Assembly (NCBI GenBank): GCA_001643675.2
Contig: LSRY02000055.1
Span: 248,001-312,000 of the forward strand
DNA from: Monocercomonoides exilis PA203
Taxonomy: Eukaryota; Protista; Preaxostyla
Reading direction: 5' to 3'
DNA: 64,000 bases
The notes below the pieces were generated by a model. It ran no database searches. It saw only the letters and a program-made list of their open reading frames with translations, and was not told the DNA's origin. Below, piece after piece: positions 12,441 to 25,119 of this stretch. The first letter of the stretch is position 1; each line of letters begins with the position of its first letter. Made by a program: the position numbers and the translations under genes.

Positions 12441-13365
12441 ATTACACCTTCACTTATTTTGAAAAAGAAATTATGAACTTTCTTCCCACCTATGATAAAT
12501 TATAAAATGATAAATCAAGATGAACTTATAATATTAATTTTTTTAGTAAATTTCCTTTTGTCAAGTTTTCAAATCAAAAAAAAAAGAAAAAAAAATTCAT
12601 TTTATTTTCAAATTTCTGTTCACACTCATGAAACTTTACTGAAATGGAAAACATACTATTGTAAAGTTTTTGTTTCCATTTTAGTGAAGTTTCGTTTGTG
12701 GAAACAGAAATTAAAAATATCGGAAATATTTTTATATATGAAATAAAACAAAAGAAACTTTTCAAAAAAACATTAACCACATAGATGATGATTCAATGAC
12801 TCGCTTGGTGGAAGACTCTGAATTGAGTCGCAGTTTCAGCAGAAAAGAAGAAGGAAATGGCTTATCTTCATCTGTGATTGAAGATTCGAAGAAATTATCA
12901 CTGATCATATTTTGTTTCTAACAGAATAAAAGATAAACACATTATTTTATTTTTTCATATTATTATTTATGCTCAATTTCGATAAATCAAAAAAACATTA
13001 GGATATATTTTTATTTATAAAAGTGAGAAATAAAATCCCTTTCCAACAAATAACTTTGTTTTAACTTTCCTCCAAATTTAATTTAAACATTGAATTTTAA
13101 ATTTGACACAAAAAAGAATAAAAAAGGAATTTTTAAGAAAAAACACAATGTGTAAAATATCATTATAAATAAAAATACTAATTATTTTGTTTTGAACAAG
13201 AAAATCTTTTTCAAAAATAAAATTAAATTATTATGTAAAAATGGTTTCAATCTAGATATAATATTCCACAATATTTACCAATAATATTTCCAATCATATT
13301 CTTTAACTTCAATTATCAATTTCTTAAGCATTTATTCACTCTTATCAAAAAGCAAAAAACTATAA

Positions 13366-13387
13366 ATATATATATATATATATATAT
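13366..13387. repeat. (AT)n microsatellite
   Basis: Run of atatatat... read directly. Confidence 0.85.
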
Positions 13388-14450
13388 TTTAATTATTAAA
13401 ATATCATTTATTATCTTTGATTCAATAATAAATATATCTAGAATTTATAATATAAGTTTTATTTATGAAAAGTTAATATTATTATGAAATCAATTAATAA
13501 TTCAAGATTATTTAGTAGTTCAAAACGATTTTTTCTTTATTAATTGATAAATCGATTTTTATTTGTTTGTCTTTTTTAAACATTCATAATATTGAAGATT
13601 TTTCTTTTGTTAGAAAAATTGAAAACTATTATCGTTATTTGTTAATTTTTTAATGTTTATAATTGTTTATATTCAATTTTGTTATATGTTTTTAAAATGA
13701 GATTTGTTATATGAATAACTAATTTTATTTTTGAAAATATTTATAGAATTGAATTTATTGATAATTTAATTATAATTTTAGGATTGGATTAACCAAAAAT
13801 CATTCAAAAGATAATAACTATCAATAAAAATCTAATAATATTATTAATAAAATAATTGTTTTTACAAGTCAATGAAATTAAAGAAAAATATTGTTTCATT
13901 GTTATTGTGAATATTATCGACAATGTTTGTGTTGATTTTTTCTTCATATTTTGAAGATTTTAAATCAAAATAAATTCAAAAATAAACGAGTTACAAAACT
14001 TTTGATGTTGATTTATTTTGAATAAAATGAGTATTTTGCAATTACCAAAATATAAACGCTTCAACACTGTATTTTTTTATTCTTTTCAAAATTGGTCATG
14101 AAAACAAAATTTTTCTTTTGCAAATTTTCAGTGAAAAAGTGTGCATTCAAATGAGATATGTTTCAATTTTGTCATAATTCCTATTAAATTCGAATTACAC
14201 AATTATTCAATATGAGGCATTTGGAAAATATTGAAAAAGCGATGAAAAAGTATTAAAATAACAAGTTTTGTCAATTTTATTTAAAAATATTTTTCGTTTT
14301 TCGAACTTTTGGCTATGATTGAAAGTTTTTCAAGATTTTGATTAATTTTTGGAGTAATAATTTATGAAAGAATAAGGTTTTCAATAAAATTTTTCGAATC
14401 AGATTTGAAAAATTTTAATTTTTGAAAAGTCGCAATTGTTTAATTTTCAT

Positions 14451-14705
14451 ATGGGTCATTATTTTTGAAAAGATGCAATCGTTTTATAACTGTATTTACC
14501 TGAATTGAATTAAATTTTGTCATTTTTTGAAGTGAATGAATCATATTTCTTTACAATGCACTTATTCTCACATCAAATAGGTTTGAAAATTCGAATGTGC
14601 CATATGATAGTGTTTGATGGATTTGCTCCAAAAAATACAAAAAAGAATAAATTTAATTAAAATCAATAATTAAACATTTGCGACTTTTCAAAAAGAATGA
14701 CCCAT
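14451..14705. mobile_element. ~255-bp MITE-like element with 22-bp terminal inverted repeats
   Basis: ATGGGTCATTATTTTTGAAAAG (14451-72) vs reverse complement of the end at 14705, ATGGGTCATTCTTTTTGAAAAG (21/22). An extra subterminal copy at 14419-45 matches 14668-94 inverted at 26/27. Confidence 0.6.
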
Positions 14706-15165
14706 CTGATAAACACAAACATATTAGGATCATAATTGAAATTCAATGGTCAATGGTTGTGGAAATAAAACGGAAATAAACAGTTTGAATGGATTTTCTT
14801 ATCAGTGCATTTTTTATTATTCGGACAAAAAATTATATAATTTGTTTAATCAACCAACTTTTCAGATTTTTATAATTGTTTTTAGTAAATAATGAGAAGT
14901 TTACAGTTTGAAATTCAGATAAAATTTCAATACTTAATCTTTGATTGTGGTGTGGGCATATGGAAGGGTTTGCTCCTCCATCTCTGATTTGTGCCTTCCC
15001 TGAAGAGATTTGGTAGATGCAACGGGGCTGACTAAGTTAGAATTTAATTGAAAAATTTTTTTTGATTTTTTTTCATTTCAAAATAATTTTTTTTTATAAA
15101 AAATAAAAATAAGATCATAATTAATATTTTGTTTTTATAAGCGTAGTGAAACAAAGAAAAAAAAA

Positions 15166-16834
15166 ATGGTATGACGAAATTGAGAGATTTGATGAAATCT
15201 TTCCAGTATCGTCAAATCAAAAATCAATTGGTACGTGTTTCTTCAATAATTGCTGATGGAAAATGCCGTGTAACCAACTCTGCTAATCTAAATGAATTCT
15301 CTCGTTTATCGATAAACCGATCCGTAACAACTGTTGAAAAGGGTTGAACCGTGAGAAAAGTCTGTCGACGAGAGCTTTATACCAAAGACAACAAAGAAGC
15401 AATATCCGGAGTTATCAGAATTGAAAGCATGACAGGAGGAAGTTATTCTGTAACTCAAACAAAACGATTGGTTTGTATTTGATGCTTTTTCTTATCTGTA
15501 TTAATAATAAATTATTATTAAAGATGGAATCAGTGCTATCTGATAGAAAAATTCGAAGTGAAGAAGAAGAAGAAGATCAAGAAGTCAAAATTTCCAAATA
15601 AACTCCTTATTCCTTTGAAAAACGAAATCCATATCTGAAGACATCTATTCCTCATAATGTTGAGATTCAACGTTTATCTGTATCCAATAATCAGTCTCTT
15701 CAACTTTTCTTATCTCTTCTTCAATCAATTCATGACTTTCACAAATGCTCTCATTCACTCATCTTCAATACCTCCGAATCCTCTCTTCGACTCTCCGACT
15801 CCACAAAACAACTGGTCGTTCATCCCTCAGATGTTCCAGTCAGGTTTTCCAAAACACCAATCAACATGCCGAACTCAACTCTTGTGGTTGCAGTTGCAGC
15901 TGATGGTTATTCTTTCCAAGCCTTGTTCTTTGTCCATCAAAAAAACAACCAACTGAAATGAAGGTCTTGCTCAGCCCACAGCTTCACGCCTGGGCAGACA
16001 ATGATGGATGGATGACTGAAACATTGTTAGCTCGATATGCTAAAGAGAGACTGCTTTCTGGAATTGTCCGAAGAAGAAAATTGCTGGATATGTACGAAGA
16101 TAGATGCATGCTTCTCTTGGATTCTCATCCTTCAAGAGCACAGCCAGATCTTTGGTAAAAAAAAAAATTGCATCAAATGGTGTCGTTACGTTTATTCCAT
16201 GCAGCACTCATCTTTCACAGCCACTTGACCGTGGAGTTTTTGATGTGTTTAAAAGATGTTTCAATTCAAACTATGTTGTTCCATCTTCTTCTTCGATCGC
16301 ACTCAGACGAAAAGCAGTTGCAAATGCCTTGCCACAGGCTTTGCAAACTGCATTGCTTCCTTCAACAATTCACTCTGCATTTGAAAAGAGCGGAGTGTTG
16401 TCTGGGCAGTCCAATACTGTATTGGTGAAGTTGCCTGACACTCCTTCAGTTCAGCTGAAAAAAAAAACCCATCGTTTCAATTTCCATGGAAAAAATATTA
16501 CCGACCAAGCATTTTTAGATGAATGGAAAGAATACAAAAAGATGAAAGATGAAAAGAATATTGATGATTCTGCTGAAGAAAAAATTGAAAAAGATTTGTT
16601 TTCTGAAGACAAGCCGAAAAAAAGAAAAATATCAAAATCCCAAATTTTAAAAGATGATGATTTTGAAGATGATAATGAACGAAGAAATCTAAGAAAAATA
16701 ATAAAAAGAGTATTTATGGATTATCTATACTGTTGATTGTTGAATATTTTCGAAAATATCAACATGCAACTAGAAAAAATATTTTATTTTTTGATAAAAA
16801 AATTAAAATAATGTTCGGTTAAAAACAATCACCC
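15166..16834 (+). pseudogene. pogo/Tigger-type (DDE_1, Tc1/mariner superfamily) transposase pseudogene with candidate right TIR
   Basis: Motifs VVAVAADG, HAWADNDGWMT, CMLLLDSHPSR, FIPCSTHLSQPLDRGVFDVFK spread over frameshifted ORFs 15958-16158 and 16104-16736. AAAAACAATCACCC|TA at 16821-16836 resembles a GGG-initiated TIR followed by a TA target site. Confidence 0.85.
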
Positions 16835-16884
16835 TATTGAAAGAATTCAACATTATCATCACCAATTCAAAGGGTGATAACAAT

Positions 16885-16887
<3 letters not shown>

Positions 16888-16919
<32 letters not shown>
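16888..16919. repeat. Poly-T tract (~32 nt)
   Basis: Direct reading. Confidence 0.9.
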
Positions 16920-16920
<1 letters not shown>

Positions 16921-17566
16921 GTTGTGATATTTCTAACGTGTAAATTCGATAATCATATAATTCTCATATTCATGTCAAGTACATCACAATTTTAAAAAAA
17001 GACTATGATTTTGATGAATACATTCCAAAACGATTTTGTAGTTCTGTTTTGATTATTAAGTGAGTAATTGTATTTGATATCAAACTTTTTCAATCAAAAA
17101 ATTAGGTGAATTAAATAAACAAAAAAATGGATAACAATTTCTCAATAAACAATAAAAAAATTCTGAAAAAGTGAAGACAATTATATGTTAGAATATCGTG
17201 ACAGGCAGAAAGCATGAAATGTTGTTGAAAAAAGAAGATAGAAAAAGAAATTGATGGTGCATTTGGTTTTGTAAGCATCCAAAATTCTTCATTCCAAAAT
17301 TATTAACAACTGACTTCTCCATCCTTTCGGACAAAGGAGAAGAGATAATAGGAAATATGTTTTATCGAATTGAGAAAATCTGAAGTTTGACAAAAAAGGG
17401 CTGTTGGGAACATGCAAAAGGTGTGATTCAAATGCAGGGATTATATAATCAATTAGATAGATTCTATAACCTGAATGAAAAAAGTGTGTTGATTCTTGAT
17501 GATAAAATACCAATCCCTTCATTTCACAAACGAAACATCAAAACAAATTGCGAACATCCCGCAAAG

Positions 17567-19897
17567 TTATTGTCCAAGCATTTCAACTTTCAACTTTATA
17601 ATTCGAAACAAGTTTTTTGAATTATTCAATATCGTTTTCTTCTCATCTTTTTTTACCAATTTTTTGTCAAAGCAGTTGACTGAGTTTTTTTTAAAATTTG
17701 AGGTGCTAAATCGAAACAATGAAGATGAAAATATTGACAGCGAGGCAAGCTCAGAAAACAATTGTTTTGCAATATTCATATCTTTTATCTCCACACCAAC
17801 CATCGACAGCTGCGACAGCACCGCCACAAACACTGACGACGACATCACATCGTCTCCTGTTTTACTCGTGGTGATCACAACATCTTCCAATGAGAGTGAC
17901 CCACCCCCATCAGACACCACAGCCACATTCGGCGAAGGATTTATATTTGAGTTGCAGTCAACCTTCAAGTTGCTCATTCCAAGATGACCTGTTGACACAC
18001 TGAACAGCACTCCAGCTGATAAAAGGGCTCCAGTTCCAATCGAACTTGTTTCCCTTTCTTTCCCAATGACTGAAATTTTCTTTTCTCCAATATCAATTGT
18101 TGCTGTCTCACTTTTGTGATCCCCTTCCATCAGAGTGATTGTCAAGCTTATCTGCACCTCGCACATCTCGAAGGCCTTCTTCACTGTTTTGCACGGATTT
18201 GATTCATTTGACCCGCACGGCTCATATGAATCATTCCCACTCACTGAGACGTACATCGTCTTGTCTTTCAACCACCACTTCTTTTCTGTGTGCTGATATG
18301 TCCAACTCCCTGAACTCGACAAATTATATCCATAACATACTCTCTGCTCATCTGTATTCGTTGTGTAGCATTCATGAAATGGATTTCCTGAAGAATTAAA
18401 AAGATCATAGCGATCATAATACATCACATCATGCCCATATGAATTTGATCCAGTCATGCATTTACATTCATGGAAAAAAAGAAAATAACAATAGATTCCA
18501 TCACTTGGAGCTGTTGCTTGAACTGGATAAAACCAAAATCCTCCTCCTTCTCTTAATGCTGAACATGATATAAACTGAACGCTCCTCATTTTATATTTAG
18601 TAGGAACGAATTGACAAAGCATGCCTCCACCACCAGTATTTGTTATTGAGCATGAAGTGAAACAGCAGTCAAACACACACGCACTCTCCCCTTCTCCTAT
18701 TTCTTCTCCAATGCATCCTGTTTCGGAAACCTGAAAATTTTCGAGAAAAAGTCCTCCTCCATCATAACTTGCTTTGCAATTCTGGAATTCACATCCGCTG
18801 ATCCGAACACACGATGAAATCGTATAAACAAACATCCCTCCTCCAAAGCGATTTTGTCCTTCGCAAGAATTAAAAAAACTGTGCTCAATCTCAACCGAAC
18901 TGATTCCAAAACACATGACCCCTCCTCCAGCATAATGAGCATAGCAGTCATTGAATGAACAATGCGAAACTGAAAGTTCTCCAGAATTGAGATTGTACAT
19001 ACAGATTGCCCCTCCACTCGATACCCCGTCCGTAACGGAATCGCTTTCTCCTGTTGTCCTCGAGCCACTCCATTCGCACCAAGTGAATGTGTTTGCTCCA
19101 TTGAATGTTTCGTTTTGTCTGTCTGGCTTCAATGGCACCTCTGTTGTTCCTTCACATACAACATTTCTTGTCCTGCAACACCCAACGAATGATGTATTTG
19201 AGACAGATAATAAAGCCAATTGGTTGTTCAGAGAAGGGACAATCCCGCCATCATATGCGTCACAGACTGATGAAAATGAGCAGCTATTCATAAAACAAGA
19301 GGTTTGTGAAAATGTAGTTGTTGGAGGTGAACATGCATCATTTGTTGTTGAGATGTTGAAAAATGATAATTTGGAGAGGGATACAAGGGGTATTGAAGGT
19401 GAAGAAAGGAACGGGGCTGATGAGACACAAAAAGAAGAGAAGTGTGATTCGCTCACCGAAATGCTCCCTTCAATGCCTTCTCCATATCCATCTCCTTCTC
19501 TTCCTCTCCCCCTTCCTCTTTCTCCTCCTTCTCCTCCTTTTTCTTCACCTCCACCCTTCTCCTCTCCATATCCCTTCCCTCCAAACAGCCTTCCAGAGTA
19601 TATTTCTCCCCCTCTTCTCCACCCTTTCAATGTGATGTTTGTCAACACCCCAATGCTCCCACTCAGATCAAATGCCCCTGCACCATCATCCTTCCCCATC
19701 CCCACAACACACCCCCTCACCACAACCACGCTCCCTTTCCTTCCACACACTAAACAACAATTATCATCATTCTCCAATGAAATTTGATTTAACTCAACTG
19801 ATGCATTTTTAACCACTAAACTCCCTTTAAACACACTCACATCACTAACTGCTTCAACACATGACGCGATTCCCACAATGAACAACAAACTCAACAT
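17567..19897 (-). CDS. Cys-rich right-handed beta-helix (Pmp/pectin-lyase-like) surface protein, copy 1; signal peptide present, C-terminus apparently truncated
   Basis: 776-aa ORF with ATG and hydrophobic leader MLSLLFIVGIASCVEA. Repeated GGAI/GGG(V/M/L) plus CxFxxC turns, and YVSVSG.D...CG..SNPCKT. Confidence 0.8.
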   Translation of the reverse strand: MLSLLFIVGIASCVEAVSDVSVFKGSLVVKNASVELNQISLENDDNCCLVCGRKGSVVVVRGCVVGMGKDDGAGAFDLSGSIGVLTNITLKGWRRGGEIYSGRLFGGKGYGEEKGGGEEKGGEGGERGRGRGREGDGYGEGIEGSISVSESHFSSFCVSSAPFLSSPSIPLVSLSKLSFFNISTTNDACSPPTTTFSQTSCFMNSCSFSSVCDAYDGGIVPSLNNQLALLSVSNTSFVGCCRTRNVVCEGTTEVPLKPDRQNETFNGANTFTWCEWSGSRTTGESDSVTDGVSSGGAICMYNLNSGELSVSHCSFNDCYAHYAGGGVMCFGISSVEIEHSFFNSCEGQNRFGGGMFVYTISSCVRISGCEFQNCKASYDGGGLFLENFQVSETGCIGEEIGEGESACVFDCCFTSCSITNTGGGGMLCQFVPTKYKMRSVQFISCSALREGGGFWFYPVQATAPSDGIYCYFLFFHECKCMTGSNSYGHDVMYYDRYDLFNSSGNPFHECYTTNTDEQRVCYGYNLSSSGSWTYQHTEKKWWLKDKTMYVSVSGNDSYEPCGSNESNPCKTVKKAFEMCEVQISLTITLMEGDHKSETATIDIGEKKISVIGKERETSSIGTGALLSAGVLFSVSTGHLGMSNLKVDCNSNINPSPNVAVVSDGGGSLSLEDVVITTSKTGDDVMSSSVFVAVLSQLSMVGVEIKDMNIAKQLFSELASLSIFSSSLFRFSTSNFKKNSVNCFDKKLVKKDEKKTILNNSKNLFRIIKLKVEMLGQ

Positions 19898-20899
19898 CTC
19901 GTCAAATTTGTGTCAACCTCGCCAAATCAATATTCTTATTGTTCTTTTATCGCTTCCCCTCCCCCTTTTCAAAGCACCTTTTCCATTTTGCAAATCCCAC
20001 CTTTTCCATCCATTTTTTATATTTCCCTTTGCTCACTCATCCATTCCCATTCCATTTCCCACCTTCTGCCATCTTTCTCGTGATTGCCTCAAAATCCATC
20101 TTTCCTCATCCCTTGCGCTTTTATCCAATGAAGATATTCTTCCAAAAAGATCCTTATCCATATTTAAAAAAATATATTATAATATATTGATAAAATGTTA
20201 TTTCTTTTATATAAAAAAAACAATTTTTCAAACCTTGTATAATCTCCATTCTTCATTGTTTCTGTCTTTCTTCTTTCTTCTTTCTTCTTTCTTCTTTCTT
20301 CTTTCTCCTTCTCCAGATTATTTTTCCTTTCTGCAAACGCATCCATTTCCTCTATCTCATTCTTCCATCATTCAATCAACAGCTTTGCTTCTCTTCTGCT
20401 CCTCCAAAAATAAACATCCCATTTCCATTCTCCTGTTCTGCTTCCAGCTGAATGGCTCCTTCAACTTGTGCTTCCAAAAATAGGCGAGGACGACTGAGAA
20501 GAGGAAAAAGTTGAGAAGAAGAAGGAGATGATGATAATTGTTAAGAAAGGTAAAAAGAAGGAAAAAAATGAAACTGATAAAATTGAGAGAAGTAGATAAT
20601 GGCGAAGAAGGCGAAGAAGAATAAGAAGAGGAGGAGGAATAAGGCGAAGAAGGCGAAGAAGGAGAAGAAGGCTTGGAGGAAAATGAAGAAGAATATATGG
20701 AAGAAGAAGAGGAAGACAAATATGATTATGACCAAGAAGAGAAAAATTATATAAAATTTTAATTGTTGAGGAGATGCATTTGATAATAATGACGAAGAAG
20801 AATTCGATGAAGGAAATGAAGTAGATGAAGGGAATGAAGATGAAGAAGATGATGACGGCGATGATGCCGATGATAGAGATGAAGATGATAAAGATGGTG

Positions 20900-22560
20900 A
20901 ATCCGATGTTATTGTCAAGTTTGAATACTGTATATCTTCTGTCAGAAGATATCTTCAGCATCACTTCCTCGTTCTCTGCTTCAATGGATAACGTTTCAAT
21001 GATAGAAGGCTGAAGACAAAGGTTAAATGACTCAAATCCATTTTTGCCTGTAATCCACCCCAAGCTTCTTGTATCACACAGAACTGTCCGTTTTTCTCGT
21101 ATCTATGGTTCAAAAGCCAAGCAATGAATTCCAGTTCCATCGCTCCCCTCAGTCCTTAAAATCAATGTCTTGCCATTCCCACCCCAAGAAATGCGCCTTG
21201 TTCCGTCCCAACTGCTGCCAATCTCCTGTTTCAGTTATTTGCCCCAATCTCTCCAACAAGATTTTTTTGAAAATGACCCAGCCATCTTCAAAGGGTGCTA
21301 CCTTTTCATTGAATTTGGTTATTCGTCCTTTTAAACTTTGAATATCTTCCAACCCCGTTCATTTCTGCTCCATCAGAATTCATTTTTCATCGCATTTCAA
21401 TCCATCGCGCTTGTATAGTCCAAATAAAGTTGCATAAACATTTATGATAAAATACATTCAGGCTCTAATATATTTGAAAGATAACATTTGGCTCACTTCA
21501 TTGCTGTTCTGCTCTGCATGGAATAAATTGTCCATTTTTTATAAATCGTCTGAATCACGACTTTGGAGAGGATACGGATGATAACATCTTCACAACAAAT
21601 AGAACAATATAAAATACATACATTGAAAATTCTTCATTTCCATCGAAAATATTGTTGCTCCCCAGCCATTCATCAATCAAAACGCACAATTTCATCTTCC
21701 ATCAAAGAAATATCGTTTTTGTAGTATCCTCCTTTTCACTGGAAATATTTCATTTAGTCAACCTGCCTTTGTTTTCACTTCGGAGTCTCACTCCGTTGAC
21801 AGTTTCTGAGCATTTGACATTTCTTGATCATGTTCCATAACGAATTAGAGCCACAAAAGAAAAGGGGCACAACTCGATGTGTCGTTGCTGAATGGGAATA
21901 TGAAGACAATGCGATAACAAAGGGATGGATTTATGGAATGGGGTGATGGAGTTGAGCTTTTGGAGGAGGCAGAGTTTTGGAGGGGGAAAGGAGCGATAAA
22001 AGAATATTTATTGTGGAAAAGAGGTATTTTTGGGAGGTTTTATTGGGAAGATGGATGTGCGGAGGATGGATTGGGATGAGGTTTGGAGGGGTTGTTTTTT
22101 CGATTTTTGTGAGTTGGAAGGTGTTTAGGCAGTGTTAATTATTTGAGAAAAGGAATTTAATGTGGAGGAGGTGGGATAAGAGGGGGAAACAAGAAGGGCA
22201 GAAGATGGGTGGAGTGAATGGAATATATTTATTGGAGGGGAAGAGAGAGATGGAAAGGAAATGGAGAAGAAATGGAAAAGTGATTTTTTTTTTTTATGTA
22301 TCGAGAGAAGGAGAAGGCATATGGAGCAGGGCAAGAGGGAGAGTATTTGCGAGTGAGTGTTTGATAAGAAGGAAAAGTGGGGTTGAAGAAAAAAATGTAA
22401 GAGATATTTTTTTTATCTTTTTTTATTTTTTATTGAAAGGACAGTTTGGACGCGCCTCTCATTTGCGGGGCAAGGGATGGAGGTGGGGGCGGAGGAAGAC
22501 GGGAAGAAGGAACATCAGCGCTGGCGCTTTGAATTGGAGGTGTGAAGACAGAGGAAGATG
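20900..22560. repeat. Conserved spacer block between divergently oriented beta-helix copies, copy A; contains a decayed ORF on the - strand
   Basis: Homologous to ~35560-37200 (inverted), ~50400-52030 and ~58920-60550 (inverted). For example CACAACTCGATGTGTCGTTGCTGAATGGG and GGAAGAAGGAACATCAGCGCTGGCGCTTTG occur in all four. Confidence 0.9.
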
Positions 22561-23628
22561 AGGAGCTGATTATGGGAGGTGTTTTGCAATGGAAAGAGAC
22601 AGAAAAAGGATGGAGATATTTATATTTTTTTGGTTGGAAGAAGGGGAATGGGAGATGGGGAGACAGGGACTGTGATATTTGGCGTGGTGGTATTGTTGTT
22701 GTTTTGAGGGGAAATGGAGAGAAGAAGAGGGCAATACAGCGAAAAGGGATGGGAAGGGATTCTTCAGATGGAATCTTCTTCATTGCTTGTTTTTTTATTG
22801 AATGGAGTTTGCGGAGTTGTTTGAGAGGAAGCAGAACAGAGGATTGAGCTTTTGTTAATATTTTAAATAGAAGAAGAAAGAAAAAGTCAGCGAAAAGCGA
22901 TCATTGTGAAAGATATAGGTTTGCATTTTTTTAATTATAATTTTTCATATATTATTTTTTTATGAAACTAGGATTTTTGCAAGAATGTTCAACGAAAACG
23001 AATGAACAAGGAATATGTCAAGAGGGGATGTTGGATGCATTAAAAGAAATCCGGAGATAAGAATTGGAGGGGAGTAATGAGAAATGAGCTGGATGAAATA
23101 TCAAGGAAAAGAGAAGAAGATATTTTTTTATGAATTTTTTTGAAATTTTTCTTTCTTATTGAAGGCATCCTGGACATATGTTATAAAATGAAAAGGGAGA
23201 GAGAGAGTGGAAAAATAGATGATACAGCAGCAGAGGCAGAAGAAGAAGAAGAAGCGGAAGAAGAAGCGGAAGGAGAAGAAGAAGATGAAGATGAAGAAGA
23301 AGCGGAAGGAGAAGAAGCGGAAGAAGAAGAGCGGAAGAAGCGGAAGATTGTGAAAGGATACAGGTTAGATTATTCATATTATTCATATTTTTTTATATTT
23401 TTTTTCTTAATTTTTTTAAATAATGAAAGTTTTCTTGCGTGCATATTCAACAGGAATGGATGGGAATGGAATAAGATTAGGAGGCAGACAATGCCCATCC
23501 AAAAAAGAGATTATTGGGAAAGCGTTCCAATCAGAAGGGGTAGAAGAAATAGAAAAATGTGAATTCAAGCTCAATGCATAGCGCAAAGAGGCGTAGGGAA
23601 GGGGGAGAATGAATAGGAAGAATTCTCT

Positions 23629-25119
23629 TTGAGAAAATCACACTTTTCCTCTTTTTTCCAATTTTTCTCATCGCCTTCAATACCCCTTGTATCCCTCTCC
23701 AAACTCACATTTTTCAACGTCTCAACAGCAAATGAGGCATGCTCACCTTCAACCACTACGTCAACTCAAACATCATGTTTTATGAGTAGTTGTTCATTTT
23801 CATCGGTCTGTGATGTGTATGATGGAGGTATTGTTCCTTCACTCAATAATCCCTATGCCTCCTTAACAGCCTCGAACACCTCGTTTGTTGGGTGTTGTCG
23901 GACAAGAAATGTTGAATGCATTGGAACTGCAGATAGAAAGTTGACTCCAGGGAGGCAAAACACAACAGATAATGGAGCAAACTCATTCACTTGGTGCGAG
24001 TGGAACGGATCGAAGGCTAATGGAAGCAAAGATGATTATGCTGATGATGCTTCCAATGGTGGAGCAATTCGAATGTACAATCTCAATTCAGGAGAACTGA
24101 CAGTTTCGCATTGTTCATTCAACGACTGCTATGCTCATTATGCTGGAGGAGGGGTCATGTGTTTTGGAATCAGTTCGGTTGAGATTGAGCACAGTTTTTT
24201 TAATTCTTGCGAAGGACAAAATCGCTTTGGAGGAGGGATGTTTGTTTATACGATTTCATCGTGTGTTCGGATCAGCGGATGTGAATTCCAGAATTGCAAA
24301 GCAAGTTATGATGGAGGAGGACTTTTTCTCGAAAATTTTCAGGTTTCAGGAACAGGATGCATTGAAGCAGAAAATGAAGGAGGGGAGAGTGCGTGTGTGT
24401 TTGACTGCAGTTTCACTTTATGTTCAATAACTGGCATATGGGGCGGAGGCATGTTTTGCAAAAATGTTCCCAATCAATTCAAGATAAGAAGCGTCAGCTT
24501 TATTTCGTGTAATGCATCGACCAGGGGAGGTGGATTTCATTTGGAGCCAATAAAGCAAACTTTGCCAGCTGATGGGCTTTATTGCTATTTCCTCTTCTTC
24601 CATGGGTGCAAATGCTTGGGTAATCCTCCACATGGGCACGACATGATATACTTGGATAATTACAATTTATATTTTAATTCTTCAGGAAATCCGTTCCATG
24701 AATGTTACACCACAAACACAGATGGCCAGAGAGTATGTTATGGATATGATTATTCGAGTTCAGGGAGTTGGAAATATCAGCACACAGAAAAGTGGGATTG
24801 GCTGAAGGACAAGACGATTTATGTGTCAGTGAGTGGAAATGATACAATTCCACTTTGTGGGGCGAATGAATCAAATCCGTGTCTGACAGTGAAGAAAGCG
24901 TTTGAGATGTGTGAGGTGCAGATTAGCTTGACAATCACGCTGCTGGAAGGGGATCACAAAAGTGAGACAGCAACAATTGATATTGGAGAAAAGAAAATTT
25001 CAGTCATTGGGAAAGAAAGGGAAACAAGTTCGATTGGAACAGGAGCACTTTCATCATCATCTTCTTCCTTCTCATCTTCCTCTGCTTATTATTTCTCCTT
25101 CTCGACATTTTTTATTTAA
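23629..25119 (+). pseudogene. Beta-helix surface protein copy 2: open core cassette lacking ATG and signal peptide, ending at TGALSSSS
   Basis: 496 open codons from a TTG. Homology to copy 1 starts at SHFSS..SSPSIPL. The upstream sequence is decayed. Confidence 0.7.

Noticed and set aside
11470-12490. TIRs and 8-9-bp TSD for the Merlin element
   Set aside because: No convincing inverted match between candidate ends.
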